Position numbers and translations under genes: made by a program. The notes below the pieces were generated by a model that saw nothing but the letters and a program-made list of their open reading frames with translations, had not been told where the DNA came from and made no database searches. From NCBI GenBank assembly GCA_040754315.1, contig JBFMCS010000013.1, positions 5,638 to 69,637 on the forward strand: DNA of 64,000 bases, written 5' to 3'. This document shows, piece by piece, positions 47,080-56,723 of the stretch. The stretch's first letter is position 1, and every line of letters starts with the position of its first letter. This DNA comes from Bacillota bacterium (GTDB taxonomy: Bacteria > Bacillota > Sulfobacillia > DUSP01 > JBFMCS01).

Positions 47080-47329
47080 ACCCCCTCAGGGCCGATTCCC
47101 AGCGAAAAGGGCCCCTGTTCTCTAGTCCTACCAACCTGGGCTCCTGCATCCCCAAAGGAACTCGGCCCCCTAGCGGGGGGCACGTGTACGGCCTGAGCCT
47201 GTCAGCCCGGGCTGCACCGGAGTCTGGTCTGGCTAGACTCTTCCCCGTCGAGAAGGCGGCTCTGGCGGGCCAAAGCAGGTTCCGGAAAACAGGCCTGCGC
47301 GAGGGGAACCCTCACCGGCCTTCTCCGGT

Positions 47330-48181
47330 TTATTCTTCACTGGCTTCATCGATTCCTTTTCTTCCTCTGGTTCCCAGGCTATCAGCCCAGCGAAGAAGTG
47401 GCAGGCCCTCTATGAGGCGGGATAGGGAGTGACGCTCCGCAAGGTAGTGGTACAGGAGGAGAAATGACACCACCCAGGGTTTGCCGGCAGGGGGGCCCAT
47501 CACGAAGATGAAGCCCAGGGCGGCCCCCAGGGCATTTGACCCTACATCACCCATCATGACGCGTCCACGCAGGTCTTGCCCGGCGTAGACCAGCAGGCCT
47601 CCGAGGAGGGGGGCGCTGAAGGAGAGGCTCCAGGGCCCCTGCCATGCAAGCAATCCGAGGTAGGCCAGGAAGAAGCCCTTGAGAGCACGCCCGGGCCTCA
47701 CATCCAGGAGGTTAGGTGCGTTGGTGAAAAGGGCGAAACCCACGGCATCTAGTACCCAAAACCCGGGGCTGGATGGCCTTGAAACGGCCAGTCCCAGGCC
47801 AAGGAGGCCACCGGCCAACGCCTTGAGGATGCCGGAGGTAATGTGGCCTTCTCCCAGGGCGCCCAGGTGTCCCCTCCACCCCCGGGGCCCCTTGCCCCCC
47901 AGCACATCGTCGACTAGGCCCACCAGGGCCATGGCGCTTACGGCCCCGCTGAACTGGAACAGGGGCAGGGGATCCACCGCCAGCACAGCCATGAGGGGCA
48001 GGGATGCAAGCAGCGCGAAAACAAAAAGAAGCCCTGATAGGGCAGGTATCCGTTCCCCGCGGTAGTTCTCCGCCATGGCCACAGGCTTCCTCAGGGCGTC
48101 AAGGAGAGGCTCCCGGAGGAGCGTGGAAAAAAAGGCCCCAACCACCAGCCCGATGGCAAAGGCCTTCAAGGCTTGAACCAC
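47330..48181 (-). CDS. MraY/WecA-like polyprenyl-phosphate transferase (Glycos_transf_4)
   Basis: Multi-TM protein with VGLVDD, NAPNLLDVRPGRALK, MMGDVGSNALG; start approximate. Confidence 0.82.
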   Translation of the reverse strand: MVQALKAFAIGLVVGAFFSTLLREPLLDALRKPVAMAENYRGERIPALSGLLFVFALLASLPLMAVLAVDPLPLFQFSGAVSAMALVGLVDDVLGGKGPRGWRGHLGALGEGHITSGILKALAGGLLGLGLAVSRPSSPGFWVLDAVGFALFTNAPNLLDVRPGRALKGFFLAYLGLLAWQGPWSLSFSAPLLGGLLVYAGQDLRGRVMMGDVGSNALGAALGFIFVMGPPAGKPWVVSFLLLYHYLAERHSLSRLIEGLPLLRWADSLGTRGRKGIDEASEE

Positions 48182-48843
48182 CGGAGAAGCCCCCTGGAGG
48201 CGAACACTAGGATGATGTCCCAGCACTGGCCTGCCCGGTGGCGGAAACCCGGCAGGTCCCTGCCGGTGTTGCGGTGCCTTATGGGCGTGGGCACCTCAAC
48301 CACCCGGAAGCCCCGCCTTATAGCATCCACTGTGAGGCCCACCTCCACGCCGAACCCCCGGGACAAGGGGGTCACTGCCGTCACCAACTCCTTTGTCAGG
48401 GCCCTTTGGCCAGACAGAGGGAACGCCAGGGTCTTGCCGGTGAGCAGCCTGAGGCCCCAGGAGGCGATGCCCCGGGCAACACCCAGGCCGCCTGGACCCA
48501 GCCCTCTAACCTGGCCCACGCACATGTCAGCCTCCCCCGCCACCAGCGGCTCCAGGATGGCCCCTGCCCCCCTTGCCTCAGTGCCCAGGTCACCATCGAT
48601 GAGAAGAACGGCGTCCTCTGTGAGGTCACGCAACCCCAGGCTCAGGGCCCCGCCCTTTCCCAGCCGCCTGGGGGCCCTCCTTACCTCCGCGCCCGCCAGC
48701 CGTGCCTCCTGGCCGGTAGAGTCAGATGAGCCATCGTCCACCACCACAACGCCGGTTACCTGCGGGATATCCTTGGCGGCCCTCACTGTGGCCCCTATTG
48801 TACCCGCCTCGTTGCGGGCGGGAATGATCACCCTCACTCTCAC
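48166..48843 (-). CDS. Glycosyltransferase family 2
   Basis: VIIPARNEA, VVDDGSSD, GKGGAL, LIDGD (DxD), SGQRA, FGVEVGLT. Confidence 0.92.
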   Translation of the reverse strand: MRVRVIIPARNEAGTIGATVRAAKDIPQVTGVVVVDDGSSDSTGQEARLAGAEVRRAPRRLGKGGALSLGLRDLTEDAVLLIDGDLGTEARGAGAILEPLVAGEADMCVGQVRGLGPGGLGVARGIASWGLRLLTGKTLAFPLSGQRALTKELVTAVTPLSRGFGVEVGLTVDAIRRGFRVVEVPTPIRHRNTGRDLPGFRHRAGQCWDIILVFASRGLLRWFKP

Positions 48844-49643
48844 TGTGGTTCACCCGGTACCGGGAGTGGCCCCAGGGCGTCCTCCCCCAGTCCCCAGTGA
48901 CCGTCAGAGCCAGCCAGGGCAAATACCATGGCGGCCTGCCCCACTGCCATATCGACACAGTCCACCGTGGAGACGCCCCGGGCAGCCCCTAGCAGCGCGC
49001 TGCTATCGAGAGCGGACACGGCCACCACCCGCACCCCGGCCCTGGAGAGGGCTGCGACCACGGTTTCCAGTGAGCGGGCGCTCCTGGCGGAGCGAGGGGC
49101 GGACACCCAGACAACTGCCATGTGCGCTGGGAGTAGAGGCCCCCTGAGGAACACCTCCTGGCGCCTGGCCGCCCTGGACAGGCGTTCCATGGCCCACCTC
49201 CTGGAGGGGTTAGCCAGCGACTCCACCAGCTCGCCAAGATCCCTCACGTTCAGGCTGTTCTCCGCTTCCAGCACGGCCTGGGCCGAGACGCTGGCACCCG
49301 CCGCTTGCAGCGCCCGGGATATGGCCTCCGGGGCGCGGTGGCCCACTTCAAGAATGAGGATTCGCTGTCCCTCCAGGGCCCCGGACACCAGTGTTTCCAG
49401 TACCGCCTGGCCCAGGGCCTCCTGGGCCTCCAGCGCCCTGGACATCCTGTCCATCTCCCTAGACTGGGCCAGTGTGGTTGAGCGGAGGTCCCTGAAGCTC
49501 TGCTCCAGTTCCTCCACGATCTGTTCCTGCTGCCGGTCCAGCCCCTCCCCACCGGGAAGGGCAGTGCCGATGAGAAGCCCGATGCCCAGGGCAAGGAACA
49601 CAGCGGTTAGTGACAGGGCATAAAACCTTGGATCCACAGACAT
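48840..49643 (-). CDS. MctB/SteB-like membrane-anchored coiled-coil protein (DUF3186)
   Basis: SLTAVFLALGIGLLIG, coiled coil, STVDCVD...GQAAMVFAL..G..GHWG; follows steA. Confidence 0.8.
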   Translation of the reverse strand: MSVDPRFYALSLTAVFLALGIGLLIGTALPGGEGLDRQQEQIVEELEQSFRDLRSTTLAQSREMDRMSRALEAQEALGQAVLETLVSGALEGQRILILEVGHRAPEAISRALQAAGASVSAQAVLEAENSLNVRDLGELVESLANPSRRWAMERLSRAARRQEVFLRGPLLPAHMAVVWVSAPRSARSARSLETVVAALSRAGVRVVAVSALDSSALLGAARGVSTVDCVDMAVGQAAMVFALAGSDGHWGLGEDALGPLPVPGEPQ

Positions 49644-49653
49644 GTCGATCCCC

Positions 49654-50778
49654 CTAGAAGCCCAAGGTGAGCCTGGCCCTGAGTAACACCAGCCTCACCA
49701 GGTTCTGAAAGGCGGGGGCCGATGCCCCCAGGGCGGCCAAGGGGAGAGCCGCGGCCAGCACCATCTCTAGGAGGTGCCGTCCCTTAACCCGGCCCTGGTA
49801 GAGCTGGCTTACGCCCTTGGCGTCAACCAGGATAGGCCCCACCTTCATCCGGACCAGAAGGGTGCTCCCCATACCCCGTCTCCCCTTCTCCTGGAAGTCC
49901 AGGAAGTCCGAGTGGGCTCCCACCACCACGATTAGCCTGGCTCCCTGCTGGTAGGCAAGGAGCAGCGCAGCGTCCTCACTGGTTCCCGGGCAGGGCAGGC
50001 ACTGCGCCTCCAGTCCCATGGCCCTGAGGCGGCCCAGCCCTGGAGCGCAGCCATCCGTATAGGCGTGGACGATGAGCTCCGCCCCCGACCTCAGGGCCAT
50101 ATCACTTACGCTGTCCATGTCGCCCAGGATTACCTGGGGCCCCAAGCCATGTTCCATCAAGGCATCTGCGCCACCGTCTACAGCAAGGAGAACCGGTTTT
50201 TCCTCCCTGACATAGGGGAGGATCGCCCTCAGGTCCTCCCGGTAGGCACGGCCCCTGACCACAACCAGCACCTGCCTGCCCCGGATCGGGGTGCGCAGCG
50301 CGATCTCGGGCGGGCCGTCCAGGACTGCCCGGATCTCGGCCTCCGCCCTCTCCAGGGTGTTCCTGAAGAACCTGTCCAGGTGTTCAGGCATGGACTTGGC
50401 GGATTGGTCAAGGATCCCCCGCAACAGGTGGTCATCCAGGAGACGGCCCCGTCCAAGGAACTGCCGTCCCCGGAATACCGCGGAGCCCCGGACCTCAAGC
50501 CAGTCGCCATCCTTGACCCTCTCGAGAAACCCCGGGCCCAGGCGATCTACTACAACCAGGCCCCCGTTCAGGAGCCGGCCAGGACCCCGGGCAGGGTATC
50601 GCCCCGTGGCTGCCTCCCCACAGTCGAGCACCGCCAAAGCCCTTGCCCTCACCAGGGCCTCCGCAGCCAGCTCATCTATGTCGGGGTGGTCCACAACAGC
50701 GATCTCTCCTGGCTTCAGCCTCTCCAGAAGCCTCTTGGTGCTGCGATCCACCCTGGCAGCTCCAGAAACCCGCGTCAT
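49654..50778 (-). CDS. steA: SteA-like putative cytokinetic ring protein (TPK-like domain)
   Basis: ARVDRSTKRLLERLKPGEIAVVDHPDID, VVVRGRAYREDL, VDGGADAL, GTSEDAA, FQEKGRRGMGSTLLVRMKVG..LVDAKGVS. Confidence 0.9.
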   Translation of the reverse strand: MTRVSGAARVDRSTKRLLERLKPGEIAVVDHPDIDELAAEALVRARALAVLDCGEAATGRYPARGPGRLLNGGLVVVDRLGPGFLERVKDGDWLEVRGSAVFRGRQFLGRGRLLDDHLLRGILDQSAKSMPEHLDRFFRNTLERAEAEIRAVLDGPPEIALRTPIRGRQVLVVVRGRAYREDLRAILPYVREEKPVLLAVDGGADALMEHGLGPQVILGDMDSVSDMALRSGAELIVHAYTDGCAPGLGRLRAMGLEAQCLPCPGTSEDAALLLAYQQGARLIVVVGAHSDFLDFQEKGRRGMGSTLLVRMKVGPILVDAKGVSQLYQGRVKGRHLLEMVLAAALPLAALGASAPAFQNLVRLVLLRARLTLGF

Positions 50779-50859
50779 CAAAGGGTCACCCCCGGTTAGT
50801 ACTTCCCCAAAATGCCAGACAGAAAAAGCGCCGGCGCCCACGTTCATGCAAAAAAAGGA

Positions 50860-50907
50860 TTGACGGGGACAACACGGGTGGCTATAATATAAGTAACTTA
50901 GTAAGTA
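50860..50907 (+). promoter_or_regulatory. sigmaA promoter with overlapping candidate Rrf2 operator
   Basis: TTGACG-N17-TATAAT (50860-50888); 20-mer TATAAGTAACTTAGTAAGTA at 50888-50907. Confidence 0.8.
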
Positions 50908-50925
50908 TCCTTGGAGGGTGAAGAG

Positions 50926-51561
50926 ATGCCCTACTCGACCTGCCCTGGACAAGACCGGAGGTTCTGGAAGCCCTCGGACATCCGGTACGAGGTGTGCCCC
51001 TCCTGTGGGGCCAGCATCGAGTTCTGGAAGGACGATGTCAAGAGGTCATGCCCCTCTTGCGGCAACGCCATGATAAACCCTTCTTTTGACCCCGGCTGCG
51101 CTCGCTGGTGCCCCTACGCTGAGAAGTGCCTGGGGGACGTGGCCGTCACCTACAGGCGGCAGCCCAGCATTGTCAGGGATAGGTTCGAGGCCCAGCTCAG
51201 GCGGCACTGGGAAAACCGCAGGGAGCCACTCAACCGCGTCCTTGGGCGCGTGATGATAGCTGAGGAACTCCTGGCAGAGGGAGGCGGCAATGCCCTTGTG
51301 GTACTGGCATCGACTTTCCTGGCTGGGCTGGATGGGGACACACAAGCGGAGATCCTTGAGCGCGTCGGCCTCCCGGAGGATGTCAGGGCCCAGGTGATGA
51401 AGGTGCTGGAGACCCTGGAGACCGGCCAGGGCGAATCGGATAGTCTTGACCTCATCCTTGACGCCATTGTGCTGGACGACTACCTAAACGGGGATGGTGA
51501 GCGGCCTAGCGGGCTAAACACTGAGGTGGCACGGAAAGTTCTGAATAAGAGGGAGGCATAA
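50926..51561 (+). CDS. Cys-rich zinc-ribbon protein with degenerate HD/phosphohydrolase-like helical domain
   Basis: CPGQD.R.W, CPSCG..IEFWKD, CPSCG, GCARWC..AEKC; ATG at 50926 follows GGAGG. Confidence 0.75.
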   Translation: MPYSTCPGQDRRFWKPSDIRYEVCPSCGASIEFWKDDVKRSCPSCGNAMINPSFDPGCARWCPYAEKCLGDVAVTYRRQPSIVRDRFEAQLRRHWENRREPLNRVLGRVMIAEELLAEGGGNALVVLASTFLAGLDGDTQAEILERVGLPEDVRAQVMKVLETLETGQGESDSLDLILDAIVLDDYLNGDGERPSGLNTEVARKVLNKREA

Positions 51562-51565
51562 AGCA

Positions 51566-52291
51566 ATGAAGACGGTGAGAAAGATCGTCCAGATCGATGA
51601 GGAAAGGTGCGACGGCTGCGGCCTGTGCATTCCCAACTGCGCCGAGGGGGCTCTGCAAATCATCGACGGCAAGGCCAGGCTCGTAGGCGATGTGTACTGT
51701 GATGGTCTCGGGGCGTGCCTGGGGCACTGCCCGCAGGACGCCATATCCATCGTGGAGCGAGAGGCGGCTGAATTCGATGAGGAGGCCGTCCTGGAGCACG
51801 TAAGGAAATTACAGGTCAGCGAGTGCCAGGACCTAGCCTGCGGTTGTCCGGGAACTGCCGTTAGGACCCTGAAGCGGGAGAACACATCCCACGGTGTCTC
51901 CCCGGACTTGGCTTCGGAGCTGGCTCAGTGGCCAGTGCAGCTCACCCTGGTGCCCGCAGGGGCGCCCTACCTGAAGGGAGCAGACCTCCTGGTTGCGGCG
52001 GACTGCGCGCCCTTTGCCTACGCCAACTTCCACAGGGACTTCCTGAAGGATCACGCCGTTGTGGTTGGGTGTCCCAAGCTGGATGACTTCAGGATGTACA
52101 GGGATAAGCTGGAGGCCATCTTCCGCGAGGCCCGGCCTGCCAGCATCACCGTGGCCCACTTGGAGGTCCCATGCTGTTTTGCCCTGAGACACCTGGTTTC
52201 AGAGGCCCTCAAGGCAGCTGGCAGCAACGTTCCCGTCAAGGAAGTCACCATCGGGGTAGACGGCACTATCAAGAACACTATAGTTGCCTGA
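51566..52291 (+). CDS. 2x[4Fe-4S] ferredoxin-domain iron-sulfur oxidoreductase-like protein (family often linked to hcp)
   Basis: CDGCGLCIPNCAEGA, CDGLGACLGHCP, CGCPG, QWPVQL, ADC, GCPKLDD, EVPCC. Confidence 0.88.
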   Translation: MKTVRKIVQIDEERCDGCGLCIPNCAEGALQIIDGKARLVGDVYCDGLGACLGHCPQDAISIVEREAAEFDEEAVLEHVRKLQVSECQDLACGCPGTAVRTLKRENTSHGVSPDLASELAQWPVQLTLVPAGAPYLKGADLLVAADCAPFAYANFHRDFLKDHAVVVGCPKLDDFRMYRDKLEAIFREARPASITVAHLEVPCCFALRHLVSEALKAAGSNVPVKEVTIGVDGTIKNTIVA

Positions 52292-52301
52292 GGTTGGGCC
52301 T

Positions 52302-52447
52302 GAGGGGGCATCTAGCCCCCGTCCCCCCATACCACCCGGCATGCGGGTCCTCACCGGGCGGTCTAGCAAGGTTGAGGAGGTGGGCGGCTGCGTAGAGTAT
52401 AGGCTGGTGAGGCCCTGGGCCTGCCACTAGGTGGAGCCCAGGGCTCG
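52302..52447 (+). repeat. Dispersed three-hairpin structured element, copy B
   Basis: ~80% identical to the reverse complement of 3816..3959. Confidence 0.85.
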
Positions 52448-52935
52448 ATTCATCCAGGGCTCTTCGTGGCCTCGTCGTCTGAGGCGGTGGGACGGCCCCT
52501 TATACTGGCCGGGCACGGCTAACCGTTGCCTCCGCCGGCAGGCCCAGGGAGTCAGCGGCTTCCTCGATGCAAAGAGCCCCTCGGGACACGCCGATAACCT
52601 TGCCGAGCGTTGGCCAAGGGACGAAATGCTCAAAGATCTCAGCAACGACGTCATTTAGGAAGGCCAAATCGCACACGGCTCTAAGGGCCCCACAGTGCGC
52701 AGACACTCCGTGACAGCTCACGGTACGGTTCGTGGTTTACCTGGGGAACACTGGGTCCTGGCGCCTGCGAAAAGACCTTCTCTGGCATCCCGTCGTGGCC
52801 TCGCAGCGGGTCCGCAAAAGAGGATCCCCCCTCCCCTCGGCGAAGTCTGGCATCATTCTGGAAGACATGTCATAAGCGGCGGCCCCCGCGGCTTGAGGCT
52901 TTCGCAGGAGCATCCGGGAGGGAGGGAAGTATGAC

Positions 52936-54210
52936 TTGCGCATCGAGCGCCTTCTGAGAGCCGGCCGGCTGGTCACCGTGTCCACCGCTGGAACCTTGAG
53001 GAACGTGGGCGTAGCCATAGGAGCAGGCAAGATAATGGACATCGGCCCCTGGGAAAAGATGAAGACCATCCACGACGGGGCCGAAGTACTGGACCACAGC
53101 GGGGATACGGTGATACCCGGTCTGGTGGACCCCCACTCCCATAACCTGGAGTACGGAGGGGGGACGGCCTGGGGCATGGGGGAACCGGCCCAGCTGGCTG
53201 CAGGTACCAGCCTCCTCCTGGAGGCGCTCAGGGCCGGCGTGACCACCGTGGGGGAAAATCTTCTGGGGCACCATGTTTTCAGGCGTTCCCTGGAGGAATA
53301 CGAGAGGGCCAGGTCGATCCTGCCACTTAACGTGGTGTTTTCCGTGGGAACCTGCGTAGTAGGCACAGACCCCATAACCTGCCTGAGCGCCGCCCGTCCC
53401 GGAGAACCGTTGGCCAGGGAAGCCCTACTGGACACCGCAATGCTTAGGGAACTGGCCAAGGCCAGCGAAGCCCCTGGTGAACATGTATTTCTCAACGCAA
53501 CCCCGGCCAACCTGCCCTTGGATCTGGCTCCCCACGCCGGAAGTCCCGTGTTCTCCAGGGCGGACCTCCGGTTGTTCGTTGAGTCCTATCACGTGGAAGG
53601 CCGCCCGGTGGGCGCTCACATCGAGGGACCTGACAGCCTCGAGGCCTTCCTGGAGATGCGAGGAGACGTTGTCCACCACGGGCACACCGCACCCCAAAGG
53701 CTCTTGGAGCGGATGGCCAAGACGGGCACCAGTTTGGTGGCAACCCCTTCAGGGGGCACACGAAGCCGCCCCAACTCCCCGGAAGAGATCGCCCGGGCTG
53801 TCGAGGCCGGTGTGACAGTGGCCATCGCCTCCGATGCCGTGCTTCCCTTCCACCCCGAGGCCCACTGGTACCACCTACCCCCTCACGTCTACTCCAGTTC
53901 TCACCTCCTAGCCTACCTAGCATCACCTGCCCTCAGGTTCCTGGCGGCGAAGGGGATGGAGGAGAACGGTCTCCTCGCGCTCTTGACCTTGAACGGAGCA
54001 AAGATCCTCGGTCTCAGCGACAGGCTTGGCAGCATAGAGCGAGGAAAACAGGCGGACCTCGTAGTGGCCCCCGGGATCCCAGGACTGGAGGTCTTGGACC
54101 CTGCGGGCATCAGAGCCGTTTATGTAAAGGGGGAGATGGTCTGCCGGTCTACCAGGCCTCCTTCCCTGAGACCTGAAACCTTTCCTCCGGTGGCCGTGCC
54201 AGGCCCATGA
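52936..54210 (+). CDS. Metal-dependent amidohydrolase (imidazolonepropionase-like fold)
   Basis: VIPGLVDPHSH (HxH), GVTTV, VGAHIEG, VHHGH, AIASDA, LGSIERGKQADLVV; start uncertain (TTG). Confidence 0.88.
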   Translation: MRIERLLRAGRLVTVSTAGTLRNVGVAIGAGKIMDIGPWEKMKTIHDGAEVLDHSGDTVIPGLVDPHSHNLEYGGGTAWGMGEPAQLAAGTSLLLEALRAGVTTVGENLLGHHVFRRSLEEYERARSILPLNVVFSVGTCVVGTDPITCLSAARPGEPLAREALLDTAMLRELAKASEAPGEHVFLNATPANLPLDLAPHAGSPVFSRADLRLFVESYHVEGRPVGAHIEGPDSLEAFLEMRGDVVHHGHTAPQRLLERMAKTGTSLVATPSGGTRSRPNSPEEIARAVEAGVTVAIASDAVLPFHPEAHWYHLPPHVYSSSHLLAYLASPALRFLAAKGMEENGLLALLTLNGAKILGLSDRLGSIERGKQADLVVAPGIPGLEVLDPAGIRAVYVKGEMVCRSTRPPSLRPETFPPVAVPGP

Positions 54211-54304
54211 GATGTGCAGCGGGCTCTCCTCGCTAGCCTGGGCGGGCCATCTCACAAAACGGGAAATAACATTCTTAGCAACAATCATACAAGTAGCCAA
54301 AAAA

Positions 54305-54348
54305 AGGATTTGCCAAAGTGATGTAGAATGGTGCTCATCAGTGATGAG
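54305..54348 (+). promoter_or_regulatory. sigmaH-like promoter followed by a perfect palindromic operator
   Basis: AGGA-N17-GAAT (54305-54329); CTCATCA-g-TGATGAG at 54334-54348. Confidence 0.65.
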
Positions 54349-54405
54349 TGTAAGTCCTGGAACCTGTCATGCTGCAAAATTCAATTCAAGTAGCAGGAGG
54401 TGAAG

Positions 54406-55551
54406 ATGCCCGGTTCTAAAGCGGACGGTGGGCGATCGGAAAATGGCCGGTCAGCGCCTTCCTGCCGCCGCCGCCCCGCTAGAGGTCGGGCGGGCGCGAG
54501 GATCCTCGAACCGGGGAATAAGGTGGCTGCAGAGATCAGAGTCTCCGATGTGATCGAGGCGCTGGATGCCGTGACGGGAGGGCGTGTGGTAACCGGAACA
54601 GAGGCCCTCTTTTCCGGCAAGAACCCCTTTGTGGTGTGTAAAACCTCTCACATACCCGGCAAGGCCGTGGTGGAGACGCCCGGACTGGTTTATGGTAATC
54701 CCGATCAGCTGGTGAGGCGCATTGCCATGGTAATGACTCTCACGGAAAGTGGGATCGAACTGGCAGGTTCCATAGGAATTGACCTACTGATCGCCCACCA
54801 TCCCGTGGCCGATGCGGCCAACTCCGGTGGCGTACCACTGAAAACCTATCTTGATCTCTATAATCTTTCGGTTATCGAGCTTCACGAGGCTTTCCATGGC
54901 CTCCATCCCGGCATCCCTTACCTTCATGGCCACAAGCCTTTCCGAGTCGACGTGGCCTACGGAGGCCTGCCCGGCAACATAGTCTTCGTAGGCAAGGCCT
55001 TGGAGGAAGTAGCGACGGTTAGAGACCTCGTGGACAGGCTCATCCATTTTATGGGAGGCGAAGAGGAAAGGGAACTACTTGACGCCGAACGCCAGGTGCG
55101 AGGATGCCAGGAGATCCAGGAGGCATCGGTGGCTGCCGGCCCCCAGGTAGTGACGGGACACCCCGAAAGCACCGTGGGCACCATACTCCACATCTTTCCC
55201 CATACCGGTTTCAGCCCTGAACACCTGGAAAAAGCAATTTCGGAGCACCCGGAGATCGACACGATCATAGCCAGCATTTCGCGGGTGGGGCCTGGGCACC
55301 CCCTGGCGGTCAAAGCCAAGGAGCTGGGACGGAATTTCCTCGTGGGCAACACCCATGCCATCGAGATCTACGAGAACTGGCTTCCACTCTCTGAAGCCCT
55401 GTCGACGCTCTTTCCCTCTTTAGAGATAGTCCTTTTCAGGGAAAGGGTGTCGGCGATACCCTTGGACCGCGTCAGGAACGAAGCGATAAGAAGGTACGCC
55501 CGGGAAATGGCCGGGAACTATCTCCTTCCCAGGGCCCGCGAAAGGAGGTGA
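54406..55551 (+). CDS. Nif3-like dinuclear metal-centre protein
   Basis: LIAHHP, ELHEAFHG and C-terminal GNTHAIE (H..E ligands). AGGAGGTG RBS before ATG 54406; alternative start 54523. Confidence 0.75.
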   Translation: MPGSKADGGRSENGRSAPSCRRRPARGRAGARILEPGNKVAAEIRVSDVIEALDAVTGGRVVTGTEALFSGKNPFVVCKTSHIPGKAVVETPGLVYGNPDQLVRRIAMVMTLTESGIELAGSIGIDLLIAHHPVADAANSGGVPLKTYLDLYNLSVIELHEAFHGLHPGIPYLHGHKPFRVDVAYGGLPGNIVFVGKALEEVATVRDLVDRLIHFMGGEEERELLDAERQVRGCQEIQEASVAAGPQVVTGHPESTVGTILHIFPHTGFSPEHLEKAISEHPEIDTIIASISRVGPGHPLAVKAKELGRNFLVGNTHAIEIYENWLPLSEALSTLFPSLEIVLFRERVSAIPLDRVRNEAIRRYAREMAGNYLLPRARERR

Positions 55552-55600
55552 ACCTGGCGGCCCCGTAGCGCTCACATTCTCGAGACAAGGAGGTCTTAGA

Positions 55601-56674
55601 TTGAACGAGCGAGACTCTGAACGGTACCAGTGGCAACGGATAGAGATCGTGGGAATGGTCGTTCTTGCCGGTGCCCTTCTGGGGCTCCTCTTTGCCCCCC
55701 ACAGCATGGGAGGCCTCTTCGACGCCATGTTCAACAAGGCCCTGCCCATCGTGGCGAACGTTTTCCTTACCGGGCTGGTGGGCACCGCTATAATCCTAAG
55801 CGTTATGACCGGACGGATTCTGGAACGCCTGGGGCTCACTGATGCCCTCATGAGGGTGTTCGTACCGGTCATAGGTCGCATGGGGATCCATTCGGCCGTG
55901 GTTGTGCCCGGCGTTTATAACATACTCGGCGACATCAACGCTGCGGGCCGCATCGCCGGGCCTGTCCTGAGAGAATCCGGCGCAACGAAAGATGAGCAGA
56001 AGATCGCTATCGCCACAATGGTCCAGTCGCAGCAATCCTTTTCCACCTTCATGCTAGGACTCATAAGCTTGACCGTGGCAGGCATCAATGCCTTCCCTGT
56101 CATAATACTGGCGATCTTCGGTCCCCTGGTACTTGTGCCTCCCCTGTTGAAGTTCACCATTTACAGGAACACGAAGAGAGTAACCCTTAGAGAAATCCCC
56201 CGTTTCACTCCCAAGACTGCGGCGCTTCCCACCTTGTTCGGGGGGGCAAAAGAAGGTGCTGAACTCCTGTTCCTCTTGATCATTCCGGCTGTGGCAGTGA
56301 TTTATGCCATCATAGGTGCCTTGGATTATGTCGGGATATGGAGTCCCATACAGACAGTGCTCACGGGATTCCTGGGGAGTCTCTCCATCGATCCGGAGAC
56401 AGGGATTGTAGCCATCCTAGCCTCCCCGACCCTGGCCATGGGGAACCTCACCCAGACGGCGGCCACCCTGCCTCCAAACCTCGTGGTGGGTGCCTTTGTT
56501 TTGGCATCCTCGGGGTTTCCCCTTTCCGTCGTGTTCGGCCAGATCCCAACCATTTGGGCGAGCGTTTCCGACCTCAGCGAGCGGGAAGCCCTTGAAGCCG
56601 CTGTCATCGGCATGGTGCTAAGGGTCATCACCGCCGCTTTGCTGGCGTTCCTCCTGACTCCTCTGGTCACTTGA
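55601..56674 (+). CDS. Multi-pass membrane protein, probable Gate/nucleoside-recognition-domain transporter
   Basis: About 9-10 hydrophobic segments in two roughly repeated halves; GRILERLGLTDAL, YNILGDINAAG. Confidence 0.65.
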   Translation: MNERDSERYQWQRIEIVGMVVLAGALLGLLFAPHSMGGLFDAMFNKALPIVANVFLTGLVGTAIILSVMTGRILERLGLTDALMRVFVPVIGRMGIHSAVVVPGVYNILGDINAAGRIAGPVLRESGATKDEQKIAIATMVQSQQSFSTFMLGLISLTVAGINAFPVIILAIFGPLVLVPPLLKFTIYRNTKRVTLREIPRFTPKTAALPTLFGGAKEGAELLFLLIIPAVAVIYAIIGALDYVGIWSPIQTVLTGFLGSLSIDPETGIVAILASPTLAMGNLTQTAATLPPNLVVGAFVLASSGFPLSVVFGQIPTIWASVSDLSEREALEAAVIGMVLRVITAALLAFLLTPLVT

Positions 56675-56723
56675 GGCGTTTGGAGCCTGGCACCCCCCCG
56701 TCACGGTGGGGCTGCCAGGCTCT

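Noticed and set aside
52500-52721. 73-aa minus ORF faintly like DUF1858 (IEEAADSLGL)
   Set aside because: The conserved Cys motif and a credible RBS are missing; not called.
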